Shown: in pieces, positions 46,946 through 56,896 of the stretch
Numbering within the stretch: position 1 is the stretch's first letter
How the letters are laid out: each line of letters begins with the position of its first letter
From: an uncultured Gemmatimonadales bacterium
GTDB lineage: Bacteria; Gemmatimonadota; Gemmatimonadetes; Gemmatimonadales; GWC2-71-9
Length of the DNA: 64,000 nucleotides
Reading direction: 5' to 3'
Assembly (NCBI GenBank): GCA_963723565.1
Contig: CAVRRH010000008.1
Coordinates: 87,590-151,589 of the forward strand
Position numbers and translations under genes: made by a program
The notes under the pieces: generated by a model
Databases searched by the model: none
What the model was told of the DNA's origin: nothing
Seen by the model: the letters and a program-made list of their open reading frames with translations, nothing else

Positions 46946-48774
46946 AGCCTCCTCCCTTCGCCTACCCTGACCGTAATCCCCTTCCCGTCCGCCCATTCGA
47001 GAAGGGGAATCAGGTACTTCCGGGTGATGCCCAGCCGTTCGCGGATGGCAGCCGGAATGATCTCACCTTGCTGGCCCAGATCGTTCAGGACCGAGGTGAA
47101 CTGATCGAGTGCCTCACGAGCATAGTAGCGGTCCCGCTCAACGGCCTCGACCTGTCCCCGCGCCGCGGCCAGACGCAGAACCGCCAGGAGATCGCGACGG
47201 CCTGTGGTACGCTCCAGCTCCGGAATGGAGGGTGGATTGAGGTGGGCCTCGAGCAGGATACGAACGACGCGATCGATCTCCGCGTCTCCACCTGCCACTC
47301 GGGGTACGAAGCCGGCCAGGGCCACGACTCCGTCGATGCGGCGCAACCGACCAGCTCGAGCGAAGTCGCTCAAGGCGGCCTCCACCACGACATCCCGCGC
47401 GTGGAGCGAATGTCTGAGCGTCTCCAGCGGCATCCCGGGATCACTGATGTGCTGCCGGTGATAGTCCCGCAGCGCCGCGAGGGCCCGGGTGCCGACCTCA
47501 TCTACCGCGCTGGTCGTCACCCAGAAGTCACCCACCAGACGAGCAGTGGCCTCGGCACGCGCCACCTCTGCGGCCGCTGCTCGGGGGAGGCCGAGCAGGA
47601 GCGGGAGGGCGGCGGCGTGAATCCCCTCGGCGCGGCGTACCAGCGCAGCCCGGAAACGCTCGGCGGAATCGCGAGAGGCGAACCCGCCCGGCCACGCGCT
47701 TCGACGACCCGGAGGGAACGGGTCGAGCACCCGACCGCCACCGATGGTGGTGACAGGGCTGTAGCTCCGGAGGACGAACCGGTCCTCGGCGCGGGCTACC
47801 AGAGCCTTCTCGAGTGAGAGCCGAGCCATCCCGGTTCCGCCCGGCTCAATCGGCAGACGCGGCAGCACTCGCGCCATTACCTCCGCGGTACCGAGATGCA
47901 GGCGAACGCGGGTTCGCGGTTTCAACGGCCGCGCTGCACCAGGCAGGACCGTGATTTCGACATCCAACGCAGACGCGGCGGCCCAGGGAAGCTCATCGGT
48001 GACCAGGACGTCTCCCCGGCCGACGGCGCGTCGCTCAATACCGGCGAGGCCGACCGCGGTTCGGGCCCTGGGATCGCTTCGCTCGACCGCATGCCCGTAG
48101 CTCTCGAGCGATCGCACCCGAGCCCGGAGACCCGCCGGCAGCACGACGACCGGGTCGCCGATGCCGACTCGGCCAGACCACGTCGTCCCGGTCACGACGG
48201 TGCCGACACCCGACAGGGAAAAACTCCGGTCGATCGGCATCCTGAAGCCGTCGCCGGAAAGCCTCGGCGGCAGGGCAATTGCACGGGCGACGAGCCGCTC
48301 GCGAAGAGCCTCTATCCCGCTGCCGTTCCTGGCGGACACCGCGAGGGGTGGCTCGAAGTTGATAGGAGAGGCGGCCAATCGCTCGGTTACCTCGCTGGTC
48401 ACCAGCTGAAGCCACTCGCTGTCGGCCAGGTCGGCCTTGGTAATGACCGGAATTCCGGCCGGCACTTCCAGCTGCTCCAGGATGGCGAGATGCTCCTCGG
48501 TCTGGGGCATGACTCCCTCGTCAGCGGCAATCACCAGCAGCACCAGATCGATTCCTGATGCCCCGGCCACCATGGTGCGGACGAAGTCCTCATGGCCGGG
48601 GACATCCACTACTCCCGCAATCCGGCCGGATCCCAGGTCGAGCGGCGCGAAGTTGAGCTCGATGGTGATCTCCCGCCGCCTCTCCTCCATAAGACGGTCC
48701 ATCGGTCTGCCCGTGAGAGCGCTTACCAGGGCGGACTTTCCATGATCGATATGACCCGCGGTACCGATGATCAT
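46900..48774 (-). CDS. selB: Selenocysteine-specific translation elongation factor SelB
   Basis: ORF 46900..48774(-), 624 aa, intact: MIIGTAGHIDHGKSALVSALTG...DVPGHEDFVRTMVAG...ITKADL. The C-terminal winged-helix region is long. Confidence 0.9.
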   Translation of the reverse strand: MIIGTAGHIDHGKSALVSALTGRPMDRLMEERRREITIELNFAPLDLGSGRIAGVVDVPGHEDFVRTMVAGASGIDLVLLVIAADEGVMPQTEEHLAILEQLEVPAGIPVITKADLADSEWLQLVTSEVTERLAASPINFEPPLAVSARNGSGIEALRERLVARAIALPPRLSGDGFRMPIDRSFSLSGVGTVVTGTTWSGRVGIGDPVVVLPAGLRARVRSLESYGHAVERSDPRARTAVGLAGIERRAVGRGDVLVTDELPWAAASALDVEITVLPGAARPLKPRTRVRLHLGTAEVMARVLPRLPIEPGGTGMARLSLEKALVARAEDRFVLRSYSPVTTIGGGRVLDPFPPGRRSAWPGGFASRDSAERFRAALVRRAEGIHAAALPLLLGLPRAAAAEVARAEATARLVGDFWVTTSAVDEVGTRALAALRDYHRQHISDPGMPLETLRHSLHARDVVVEAALSDFARAGRLRRIDGVVALAGFVPRVAGGDAEIDRVVRILLEAHLNPPSIPELERTTGRRDLLAVLRLAAARGQVEAVERDRYYAREALDQFTSVLNDLGQQGEIIPAAIRERLGITRKYLIPLLEWADGKGITVRVGEGRRLKGKSGVGSSPAPSS

Positions 48775-49532
48775 GCTGCCACCCAGGGACGCTGAGTCCA
48801 GAACTCGAGGGCCGGAAGCTCGGCACCCTCGGCCAGGTGATAGCGTATGTACCGGGCCAGCAACCGGCGATGGGCCGCGCCGTGTTTCGCATCGAGCACC
48901 GGTAGCGCCGTGCCGGGGTCCATCAACGCCTGGAGGTCAGCCCGGGCTTGCTCCGGAAGCTGAGTCGCACCGTGTTGGGCGGCGCAGACCGGACACAGGG
49001 CTCCTCCGTCGCGGGTACTGAACGGGAGTGGTCCGCTCTCGGCCAGCGGGGTACCATCGATCACGCAGGCGTCGAGCGAGGGCTCGAAGCCAAGCACGCT
49101 CACCATCTGCCATAGCAGGCGGTAACCCAGAGCCTCGATGCTCGACAGGAGGCTGACCTCCAATTCTTCAAGCGCGTGCCGCAGCAGATCGAAGCTCTCA
49201 GGGTGGGGATCCGGCGGGGCAAAGCGGAGCATGACTTCCCCGAGTGCACAGGCCACGGCATACCGCTCCAGCTCAGTCGCGAGCCCGACGTGGAGCCGCC
49301 TGAGATCAAAGCTGGTGAGAAGGTGCAGCTCCCGGTGCTCCTTCATAACAAACTGCGCCTGCCCTTCACTCAGGAGCTGGAGAGCGGCCCCGAAGCGGCT
49401 CTTCGGACGCAAGGCACCTTTCGCGATGACGCTCTGCACACCGTAGTCCCGGGTAGCCAGCCGAACGATTTTGGATGTCTCGCTGTATCTGAGCGTGGAA
49501 AGCACGATCGCGGGAGTGGAGACCGGGGGCAT
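48771..49532 (-). CDS. recO: DNA repair protein RecO
   Basis: ORF 48771..49532(-), 253 aa: AIVLSTLRYSETSKIVRLATRDYGVQSVIAKGALRPKSRFGAALQLLSEGQAQF..., with a zinc-finger-like CVIDGT...CPVC. Confidence 0.88.
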   Translation of the reverse strand: MPPVSTPAIVLSTLRYSETSKIVRLATRDYGVQSVIAKGALRPKSRFGAALQLLSEGQAQFVMKEHRELHLLTSFDLRRLHVGLATELERYAVACALGEVMLRFAPPDPHPESFDLLRHALEELEVSLLSSIEALGYRLLWQMVSVLGFEPSLDACVIDGTPLAESGPLPFSTRDGGALCPVCAAQHGATQLPEQARADLQALMDPGTALPVLDAKHGAAHRRLLARYIRYHLAEGAELPALEFWTQRPWVAA

Positions 49533-49568
49533 GGGGGGAATGTAGCCCCAAGGCAGTACCTCCGGCCG

Positions 49569-50648
49569 CTACATCGGCGGCTCGTCTGTCGCTTCGGTAC
49601 CGGCGGCCGGGACCCGCGCGAGCAGCGCCTGACTGGCGCATCGTCCGACCGGCACCGACCGTATCTCGCTGAAGTCGGGCCGAAGCACATGAACGATCCC
49701 ATTCCCGGAGCAGCCTGCCTCCAGGGCATAAATCCGTCCCTGGGAATCCACCGCCACGCCTGTGTTAGCCGGTATCACGACCCCATCTCCTTCTCCCCGA
49801 ATCACGGTGCGCTCCTCGGTGTCAAACTGCATCAGCCCTTCGGTGCGGGAGCTGATCAGAAGCTGCTCACCGTTGTCCGCGGTCAGGTCGCCTGGGCCGA
49901 AGCCGAACCCACCGAAACTTGCCAGCTCAAGCCGATCAACCGGGTCTACGATCGAGAGCCGCCCCTCGTCCACGGCGGGGTCTCCCTCCTGTATGACATA
50001 TACCAGACCGTCTCCGGCTACGGTGCTGAACCGGGCATTTCCAGGTCCGACGAGTGCGATGAGATCGATCGGGCCGGACGCAGGGTCGTTAGCCGGGTCG
50101 ATCACACTGATCGAGCTCTCTCCGGCAGGCTTACCAAGCGAATCGAGATTGGAGTTCATCACCAGCACCCTGCCGCGGGTGAAGGTCAGATGCTGCGGGC
50201 TGGGACCGACGACGGTGCTGGCGGTGTCGCCGGTCGCCAGATCGACTCGGGTAACCGTATTGAGGGTGGAATTGGAGACGTAGGCAATAGAATCACTGAT
50301 CAGCGTGGCACCCGCCACACCGGAGCCCGGGGCAAGAGCGATGGTATTCACCAACGTCCCTTCCCGCAGGTCCACGACGGCCAGGGCGTCCCTCCCGCGA
50401 AGAGGCACCACCGCGGTGGCTCCCCGGGTGGCCACGCTAGCCGGCAGCACATCCGAAGCTCCAAGCGGGATAGTCGAAACCTGGGTTGGCGCGGCAACCG
50501 GTACCAGGCTCAGGGTGGCGGCGGTAGTGTTGAGAACGACCACGACCTCCTCCGGTGGAGGAAGCGGCGCCGACGTCTCGGCACACGACCAGGCCCCAGC
50601 CATGAGCAAAGCCAGGGCCAAGCGGACAGCGGTTCGGGAAGGCGTCAT
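49569..50648 (-). CDS. Secreted (possibly lipidated) YncE/YVTN-like beta-propeller protein, last gene of the cobalamin-riboswitch locus
   Basis: ORF 49569..50744(-). A plausible start is ATG 50648 (MTPSRTAVRLALALLMAGAWSCAE). Repeated strand-rich blades are seen (VVVLNTTAATLSLV, ALAVVDLREGTLVNTIAL, IAYVSNSTLNTVTRVDLATG, VLVMNSNLDS, ISVIDPAN, VYVIQEGD, LSIVDPVD, IYALEAG). It lies 47 nt downstream of the TonB receptor stop. Confidence 0.65.
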   Translation of the reverse strand: MTPSRTAVRLALALLMAGAWSCAETSAPLPPPEEVVVVLNTTAATLSLVPVAAPTQVSTIPLGASDVLPASVATRGATAVVPLRGRDALAVVDLREGTLVNTIALAPGSGVAGATLISDSIAYVSNSTLNTVTRVDLATGDTASTVVGPSPQHLTFTRGRVLVMNSNLDSLGKPAGESSISVIDPANDPASGPIDLIALVGPGNARFSTVAGDGLVYVIQEGDPAVDEGRLSIVDPVDRLELASFGGFGFGPGDLTADNGEQLLISSRTEGLMQFDTEERTVIRGEGDGVVIPANTGVAVDSQGRIYALEAGCSGNGIVHVLRPDFSEIRSVPVGRCASQALLARVPAAGTEATDEPPM

Positions 50649-50694
50649 CCTCGAAAGATCGAACCACCCGGTCCGCGCCGCCAGTCGCCTTCGG

Positions 50695-52676
50695 TTAGAA
50701 CCGAAACTTTGCTCCGCCGAATACTCCTCTCCGCCGGCCGGCAAAGCCTACCACCTGGTCGTAGTCCTGGTTGAACAGATTCTCGACCCGCAGTACACCG
50801 GAAAAGCCGGGGCGTCCGGGGCCGGCGCGGACGAGCTCAATCTCGGTGGCCAGGTCCGCGGTGGCGTAGCCCGGGAGCTCCACCCTCTGAGCCGGAAATT
50901 GGTTGAAGTCCACATCGTCTCGTCGACCCACGTAGATGACCGAGCCCCCCAGCGTAACGCGGTCGAGCACCCGGCCACGCACCGCCAGCTCGGCCGAGTG
51001 GGTGGGCCTCCGGATCAAGCGTTGGCCGGCGGCGAACGTGGCTGACGGCAATCCAGCATCGTCGGTCGCCTCCGCCAGCGAGGTAGGTGTACGACGCCGA
51101 CGCCTTCACATCGCGCCCGAGCGAGGTGGTAAGACCGGTTTCGATGCCCCGCGACTTGGCGGCGGCACCGTTGAAGTAGGTGGGCTCCCCCGGGGCCCCG
51201 CTGCCGTCGTAGACGATCATGTCGCGGAAGCGCTGATCGAAGTACGTGGCCCAGAGCGACACGCGGCCGCCGGCCAATCCCTGTTCGAGACCAGCCTCCC
51301 AGCTGGTAGATTCCTCGGGCCGCAAGGTCGAGTCGCCCACCACAAATGGGGCGTCGCAGAACTGCTCGCAAAAGGTCGGCGCCTTGAACGAGCGCCCCAG
51401 CGAAGCGCGGATTCGCGTGCTCGAAGCCAAGCGATACATGGCTCCCGCGCGATAGGTGAAGAAGGTTCCGAAAGCGCTATTGTCGTCCAGCGCGAGCATT
51501 GAGGTTGAGGGCCAGGCCCGAGGCGAGATCGAGGACCCCCTGAGCGTAAAATCCGACGGTGGTGCGGCCCCGGTCGAAGGGCGTGTCGGGAGTGGTCGCG
51601 ATCCCGCCGAAGTTCGAGGTGGTCTCGCCCGACTGCCGCTCGGTCTCCCGTTCCACCTGCACTCCCCCGGTGACGGTCAGCACCGGGCTCAGGGTCCCAT
51701 TGATCCGTGCGTCAAGGTTGCCCCGTTGCGCCCGCGAGTCCCGGTGGGAGGCAAAGCCGAACCCGAGAGTGTCTGCCGCGTTGTCGGAGCGGTCATCGAA
51801 CTCGCTTACTGTCCGGTTCCCTCCCGCTGTGAGCCGGAGATCGTAGCGGTGACCCAGCCGGCGGCCAACATCGGCGGCGAGGGTGAGCATTTCTTCGGCG
51901 CTCGACTGATTGCTGTCGGCCAGCACTCCGGCGAAGTCAGTGGGGAAATGATAGCGGCTGTCGGTGAACCGAACGGAAAGCGACGCGTCGGTTTGGGCAT
52001 CGGGGAGGCCTCGTACCGAACCACTGACCGCGGTGTTGCCGTAGTCGTTGTTGAACGGATAGGTGCCGTCGGTGGCGAACCGGCCAGCATCCGCCGAGTA
52101 GGTAAGGCGGGGAGTCCCACCGAGGACCGCACCGCGTCCATTCAAGGTCCCGAAGGTGCCCGCCTCCGCTCCACCTTCGACCGAGAAGCCTCCTTCACCT
52201 CGCCGGGTGAAGATCTGCACCACCCCGCTCACCGCATCCGACCCGTAGAGCACGCTTCCGGGTCCACGCAGAATCTCGATTCGGTCCACGTTGTCGGTGG
52301 TGAGATTGGCCCAGTTGAACGACCCACCGGATTGATTCGCGGGTACTCCGTCGATGAGCACCTTGACGTAATCGCTCTCACCTCCTCGCAGGAACAGCGA
52401 GGTGACTCCCCCGAAGGAGCCTACCTGCACCACCGCCGCGCCAGGAACCTCGCGCAGCGCGTCCTGCACGAAGTGAACACCGCGAGCTCGGAGGTCATCA
52501 CCCTTAATGACGGTGACTGAGGACACCACGGCGTCCGGGGGCGTCGGCAGCCGGGTAGGCGTCACGACCAGCTCCGGCAGCCGAGTTGTGTCCTGTGCTT
52601 CCTGTGCAGTGACGGCGGTCGATCTGGTGAGTACATGGACAGCGGCAATGGCTAGCGCGAACCGACGTGCTTTCAT
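50695..52676 (-). pseudogene. TonB-dependent receptor, BtuB-like by context. 2 frame changes as sequenced.
   Basis: Fragments are 51477..52694 (MKARRFALAIAAVHVLTRSTAVTAQ; TonB box/plug LPELVVTPTRLPT...VSSVTVIKGDDL...PGSVLYGSDAVSGVVQIFTR), 50837..51499 and 50695..51051 (ends VFGGAKFRF, C-terminal Phe). Confidence 0.8.
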
Positions 52677-52697
52677 GGGAAGCTCTCCGGACACTGG

Positions 52698-52810
52698 GTG
52701 TCATCCTGAGGGAGCCCTTCGGCTTGCTCAGGGCAGGCTCCGCGACCGAAGGATCGGCTCGCTCTCAGGTCGCGAAGCTGTCCTGGCGCATCAAGGGCTC
52801 AGGATGACAA
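52698..52810. repeat. REP-like palindromic element (GTCATCCTGAG...CTCAGGATGAC) between the ABC ATPase and the TonB receptor
   Basis: GTGTCATCCTGAG at 52698-52710 and CTCAGGATGACAA at 52798-52810 are inverted. An inner stem is CGCGACC/GGTCGCG, and the interior contains GAAGGATC. The right arm overlaps the ATPase stop codon. Confidence 0.6.
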
Positions 52811-53618
52811 GTGATCGTTGATGGTTCTCTGACTCTTCTCCCCCACCCGTAATGGCACCACTTGGGGTGACCCGTCCGTCCAGGTCGTAACCGCTACCGG
52901 CCACTCGAAGACCCGGGAGAGCGTCTCCCGGTTCATCACCTCCGCTGGAGTCCCCTCGGCGACCACCACGCCGCGATCCAGGAGGATGATCCGATCGGCA
53001 AAACGGGCAGCGAGGTTGAGGTGATGGGTGATAACGAGGCCCGCGAGCCCACCGTCGACCAGCTGGCGTACGAGCTCGAACAGCTCCATCTCGTGACGCA
53101 CGTCGAGCGAAGCGGTCGGCTCATCGAGCACGAGGGCGCGGGGCTCCTGAGCGAGCGCTCGCGCGACCCGCACCCGCTTCCACTCACCCCCCGACAGTGA
53201 GTCGATCGATCGCTCCGCCAGTCCCACGATGTCGCAGCGCTCAAGCGCCGCCCGTACCGCGTTCCGATCCTCGGCCCGGGGCGCCGCCAGCGGACCGAGT
53301 CGGGCATAACGGCCCAGCATGACCGTCTCGGCGACGTTGAGCCGGAAGACCGCCTCTTCCTGCTGACCCACGACTCCTACTACTCGAGCGAGGGCGCCGC
53401 GAGGCCAGGTCTCCACTGCCCGGCCATCAACCGCCACACTTCCTTGTTCCAGCGGGAGCAGCCCCAGGAGTGCGCGCACCAGAGTCGTCTTTCCACTGCC
53501 GTTTGGTCCGACCACCGCCACGAGCTCGGAGCCCGCCACCTGGCAGTCCACCCGGTCGAGCGCGACGGGAGCGCCCGCGGCGATAGCGCACCGTGATCGC
53601 CCGCGCCTCGAGGATCAC
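52799..53618 (-). CDS. ABC transporter ATP-binding protein (FecE/BtuD type). One apparent frameshift near 53570.
   Basis: GTG 53618 (VILEARAITVRY) is in one frame. The rest (ALDRVDCQVAGSELVAVVGPNGSGKTTLVRALLGLL...LSGGEWKRVRVARALAQEPRALVLDEPTASLD) is in ORF 52799..53551. GTGA overlap with the permease stop. Confidence 0.85.
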
Positions 53619-54593
53619 GCCAGTGTCCTCCGGAGCAAAAGCGCGAAGAGCGGAACGCCGATCAGGGCGGTGATGACCCCCACCGGAAGCTCCAGTGGCC
53701 GCACCGACGGTGCGGGACACCACGTCGGCCAGCACCAGGAAGCAGCCACCGACAAGGAACACGAGCGGGAGCAGGGTTCGATGCAGCGGACGGAATACGG
53801 TGCGCACGGCATGCGGGACGACCAGGCCGACGAAGCCGATGATGCCACAGGTCGCCACGCTCGCCGCGGTCAGGAGAGCGGTCGAGAGGTAGACCACCCG
53901 TCGCAGCCGATCGACCTCCGCCCCCAGATGGTGGGCCGGCTCATCACCCAGAGCGATCAGATCGAGCGAGCGGGCATGAAACAGGAGCAGTGCAACCGGA
54001 ATCGAGGCGTAGACCGTAAACACGGCGAGGGCGCGCCAGGATGCACGCGCCGAAGCCACCCAGCAGCCAGAGGAAGGCATTGCGGACCCCGGGCGCGTCG
54101 GAGAGCACCATGACGGCGCTCATCAGCGCGCCGGCGAAGGAGCCCACGACCACGCCGGAGAGCAGCAGCACATGGGGATCGAGGCGCCGGCCGGAAACCA
54201 GGCTCAGCCGGTACACCAGTGCCACCGCAGAGAGTGCGCCCATGAAGGCAGCAACCGGCACGGCCCAGGCACCGCCTGCGCGAGTGGCGATCGCGATCAC
54301 GGCACCGAGGCCGGCCCCGCTCGAGAGGCCGAGGAGGTACGGCTCGGCCAGCGGGTTCCGGATCATGGCCTGAAGGGCGGCACCACAGATGCCGAGGCTG
54401 CCCCCAACCAGAAAGGCAAGCACCACCCGGGGAGCCCGCAGGTCCCGCACGATGGCAGGCGGCGTCCGCATCGGCGTGCCATAACCCGTCCCAGACCGCG
54501 CCGTAGCGGGAGCGGAACCGCTCCTGCACTCAGGCCGATCAGAAGGCAAACGATCACGAGGAGTGCCAGGCTCCAGATCCGTGCGGCGCTCAC
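53615..54593 (-). pseudogene. FecCD/BtuC-family ABC permease. 3 frame changes as sequenced.
   Basis: Fragments are 54363..54593 (VSAARIWSLALLVIVCLLIGLSAGAVPLP), 53944..54549 (LVGGSLGICGAALQAMIRNPLAEPYLLGLSSGAGLGAV), 53427..54080 (GIIGFVGLVVPHAVR) and 53615..53848 (ELPVGVITALIGVPLFALLLRR). Confidence 0.8.
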
Positions 54594-55476
54594 GGCCTGG
54601 CCTCGTTCAGCTTCGCGGTGAGCTCACGGATCGCCTGCGGGCGAGCGGGGACTCGGCCGGTTGAACTCGGAGCCGCTCACATGGAGGAAACGGTGTTGGC
54701 GCACGGCGGGCACGACTTGCCACTCGGGACGGGAGGCGAAGGCGGACGGCCCCTCCACCGTGGTGAAGATCAGATCCGGATCGCGCGCCGCCACAGCCTC
54801 GATGCTCACAACGCCGGAGGACGAGGCCACATCGGCGAAGAGGTTCTCGCCGCCGGCGCGCTCCACCAGCTCGCTCAGGAAGCTTCCCCGCCCGATGGTC
54901 ATGGGGGGCTGTTCCCACACGAGGAGCAGCACCTTGGGTCGTCGAGCTGGTCGTGGCCGGGTTGCGGAGGTCAGGGCGGTATCGAATACAGCAGCGACCG
55001 AGTCGGCGGCTCTTTCATGCCCGGTGAGCTTACCGAGGATCCGCGCCACCCGGGGGACACTGCTCAGGGCGTCGGTGTTGACCCGGAGCGCTGCTATGCC
55101 CAGCTCGCGGAGCCGGCCGGCGACGGCGGCGTTCTGGCCGGAGTTGTAGAGCACCACCAGATCCGGCCGCTGGGCGATCACCGCTTCGATGTTGGGCTTG
55201 ATGCCGTCGCCCAGATTGGGAACGGCTTTGGCGGCGGCGGGATAGTCGCAATAGCTGGTCCGTCCTACGACGGCAGAATCGGCGCCGATGGCAAAGAGCA
55301 GCTCGGTCGAGGCCGGAATGAGCGAGACGACTCGCCGAGCCGGCGCGGCGAGCCTGACCGTGTCGCCTGCATCGTCGACCAGACTGATGCTGCGGCGTCG
55401 ACCGCCGGTGCATGCGCGGCACGCGGCCCCGTGCGATGATCGCGGTGATCAGGAGGCGGAAAATCATAACGCCCAT
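54590..55476 (-). pseudogene. Periplasmic substrate-binding protein (BtuF/FecB-like). 2 frame changes as sequenced.
   Basis: The signal MGVMIFRLLITAIIA is in the frame of ORF 55030..55695. The main body was translated manually and by ORF 54624..55181: VVSLIPASTELLFAIGADSAVVGRTSYCDYPAAAKAVPNLGDGIKPNIEAVIAQRPDLVVLY...LLLVWEQPPMTIGRGSFLSELVERAGGENLF. The true C-terminus ...AIRELTAKLNEARP* is in a third frame (TGA 54590). The break at about 55430 lies in a GGGG run. Confidence 0.75.
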
Positions 55477-55564
55477 CTTCCTGGACTCGGAGGATGGGCG
55501 ATGAGCGAGAGCCGAAGAGGCTGCCGGGCACGCCACCAACCCTCCCCCGAGGGCTTCATGGTGG

Positions 55565-55720
55565 CACGAACGGCGAGGTCTCCTGGCTTCGGGACTCCAC
55601 TCGCCTTCCCGGTTTCCCAGTGGCGTTCTGAGTGGAGAGCCTGGCCTCGAGGGCCAGGTACCCGTTACAGTGGCGGGGCCGTGCCGGATTTGCACCGGCT
55701 TCCGAGTATCCCCGTTCGTG
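55565..55720 (-). promoter_or_regulatory. Cobalamin (B12) riboswitch aptamer. An expression platform follows, extending to about 55480.
   Basis: The minus-strand RNA is CACGAACGGGGAUACUCGGAAGCCGGUGCAAAUCCGGCACGGCCCCGCCACUGUAACGGG...CCACUGGGAAACCGGGAAGGCGAGUGGAGUCCCGAAGCCAGGAGACCUCGCCGUUCGUG. It has a conserved core (GGAAGCCGGUG-AA-UCCGG..CGG.CCCGCCACUGU), a B12 box (AGCCAGGAGACCUCGCC), and a P1 stem CACGAACGG/CCGUUCGUG. It sits directly upstream of the SBP gene. Confidence 0.88.
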
Positions 55721-55749
55721 TGGTCTTCAGTTGTTCAGCAGCGGCTAGT

Positions 55750-56896
55750 CTATGGGGCTGGCGCTCCGGCCGCAAGGGCCGCCTCGAGCTGGGCCTTGAG
55801 TCTGCGCCGCTCCGCCTGGTACGAGCCCCAATCCTCGTCGGAGGTCTCCCCTTCCCGTCCCAGGTAGCGAGCGTCCAGCCCGGCGATCGCGTCGAGCAGG
55901 CCGGCCGGCGAGACAGCGGGCGATCCAGACCGACGCGCAACGAAATGCCATGCCGGCCCCGCCGAGTACGAGGACAACGGCGGCAACGAGCGACGGCAGC
56001 AACCACTCAGGAACGCGGGCCCGGCCCGGCAGCGTTACTCGCAACGTGCCACCCGCCGGCACGGCACCGGTCCAGCGCCGGAACGAACGCCCCTGGAGCA
56101 CCTGACTGTCGGCCAGCGCCAGGCTGCCGCCGCTTACCACGATGTCGTTTTCTTCGGCCAGCACGTTGAGCATAGGAAGCGGCTCGGTGAAGCCGGAGCT
56201 CGAGGACCTGCGGCCAGCGGGAACCACATACTGGACAGTGACCTGCTTCTCTCCCGGAGCGAGTGGTGCCGCCACAAGGAGCGAGTCTCCTCGCCTGGTT
56301 ACCGCGTCGGGGGAGACGTCGCTCTCGCCCAATTCGAGGCCGATCGTCCCGCGGGGCAGCAGCCCACTCCAGGATGCACCGTCACTATCGGGGGCTACCC
56401 GCGTTCGCTGTCCGCTGTTGAGCAACACAATCAGGTCAAGCACGCTGCGGGAGCCGTCCTCGCCCGGCCGCGTGAGCACCAGGTGCCGTGCCTCCAGCGA
56501 GACGGGAGCGGTGCTGGACGTGTCGTATACGATCACGCGAATGGTGGTGTCCGGCCGCTCCGGGTTGGTGTGCACCGGCGGCGAGAAATACTCGATGCCC
56601 GCATGGCGGGCGCTGAGCAGATAGAGAGCAGACGTATCGGGACGGAAGGCGAAGCGGAAGCGACCACGCCGGTCGGTTCTGGTGGAGTCCAGCGGCCCCT
56701 GCAGCGCCCGGCCCACCTGGTGCAACACCACCCGGGTGCCGGGGACGGGCGTAGAGTCGGCCTTCAGCACCGCGCCCCCGGCGCGGATGGTTTGGGCAGC
56801 GAGAGGGACGGAGAAGACGGGAAAGACGGGAAGGATAATGAACGCAACAAGGGCGGGAAGGTGATTACGGAACCACTTTCCCGCCCTTCCCGTCAT
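55750..56896 (-). CDS. Carboxypeptidase-regulatory-like domain membrane protein (hypothetical). One apparent frameshift near 55960.
   Basis: ORF 55745..56896 has a signal (LPALVAFIILPVFPVFSVPLAAQ), then GAVLKADSTPVPGTRVVLHQVG...RTDRRGRFRFAF, and later a TM segment (LLPSLVAAVVLVLGGAGMAF). The C-terminal tail GLLDAIAGLDARYLGREGETSDEDWGSYQAERRRLKAQLEAAL is in the frame of ORF 55750..55986. Confidence 0.6.
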
